From Callorhinchus milii (Eukaryota), in assembly GCF_018977255.1 (NCBI RefSeq), contig NW_024704752.1, positions 806,001-870,000 of the forward strand: a stretch of DNA of 64,000 bases, given 5' to 3'. Both the position numbers and the translations under genes were made by a program. Positions 63,201 to 64,000 of this stretch are shown piece by piece (position 1 is the first letter of the stretch; each line of letters starts with the position of its first letter). The notes below the pieces were generated by a model. The model saw only the letters and a program-made list of their open reading frames with translations. It was not told the origin of the DNA and ran no database searches.

Positions 63201-64000
63201 TCTTTAGATAACAGCAAGTGTATTTTTTTTACTGAGTGTCTTCCACGTAGTAACACTACATCGCTTCACTTAAATCATACCTTACAGTGAAACGTGTGTG
63301 CCTGTAGAAATACAGTACTCACTCAAAGCTTATTCCACATGCCTCTGTTTACTTAGAGGTAAGTAGGAAACCAATTATTATTAGTCGATCGATGGATCGC
63401 TTTTCCGGGGGTAATATCCCTTCAAAATAATAATAGTAATAATAATTTGGTCACTCAATTCACGACTGTTTGTGGGACACTGCTGCCATGTTTCAACCAC
63501 AAAATATACAGTCACTTTACAGTATATTCTGTGAAGCGCCTTGATATAGCATCTTCTCACTTCTCAACGACTGTATCAAATGTAAGGGTTATTATTATTA
63601 ATTCACATTTGGTTAGGATTGTGGATGGACACATTAGCTCTCATGAGCTTGTGGTAGAATCTGATAAATTATATACATTATCTTTTGAAGGTGCCGCGTG
63701 CGATTTGCAGTGAAAGTTGTCTCCCAGGCACAATAAAAGTCTCCAAAAGAGGCCAACCCATTTGCTGTTTTGACTGTGTACAATGTGCTGATGGTGAAAT
63801 AAGTAACACCACAGGTGAGCCTTGGATGGATCCGTTCTATGTTAAAACTCTTCCTCTCCAATATCAAAGGCTTGAAACTATACCTTTTTGATAGACTGTT
63901 ATTTTTATTACCTTGCAGATGCCATAATGTGCCTGACATGTCCGCCCCGCTACTGGTCCAACCAGGGCAAAGACCAGTGCGAGAAGAAGAAAGTTGAATT
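60291..64000 (+). CDS. V2R/OlfC-type class C GPCR, gene 7 (3' end outside the window)
   Basis: Exons 60291-60499, 60781-61072, 61428-62252, 62473-62700, 63691-63814, 63919->64000; same exon phases and motifs as the other six genes. Confidence 0.9.
63330..63600 (+). mobile_element. Degenerate tRNA-SINE, 5'-truncated
   Basis: SINE body and tail. Other short tail fragments at about 42320-42560, 44030-44142, 44388-44517, 50068-50190, 52510-52600, 62310-62420 and 62840-62975. Confidence 0.65.

Overview
Vertebrate genomic DNA, most likely a cartilaginous fish (inferred from a tRNA-SINE/DeuSINE/L2/CR1 repeat content resembling chimaeras and sharks). The window holds a tandem cluster of seven same-strand (+) six-exon V2R/OlfC-type class C GPCR genes (Venus flytrap domain, cysteine-rich domain, 7TM). 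Six are complete with open spliced frames of 866-874 aa; the seventh is cut by the window end. There is also an orphan 3' fragment of gene 1. Introns and intergenic DNA carry tRNA-derived SINEs, DeuSINE-like relics, L2 and CR1 LINE fragments and two minisatellites. The main signal is a modular mosaic. Genes 2, 3 and 6 share a near-identical promoter, exon 1 and exon 2. Genes 1, 2 and 3 share a near-identical 7TM exon. A short window of exon 3, near the predicted ligand pocket, is a patchwork. Introns are largely diverged and carry independent TE insertions, which points to exon-focused gene conversion. The breakpoint of the tandem duplication that made genes 2 and 3 is readable at about 19105. 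Exon coordinates were read by eye; repeat boundaries and identity levels are approximate.
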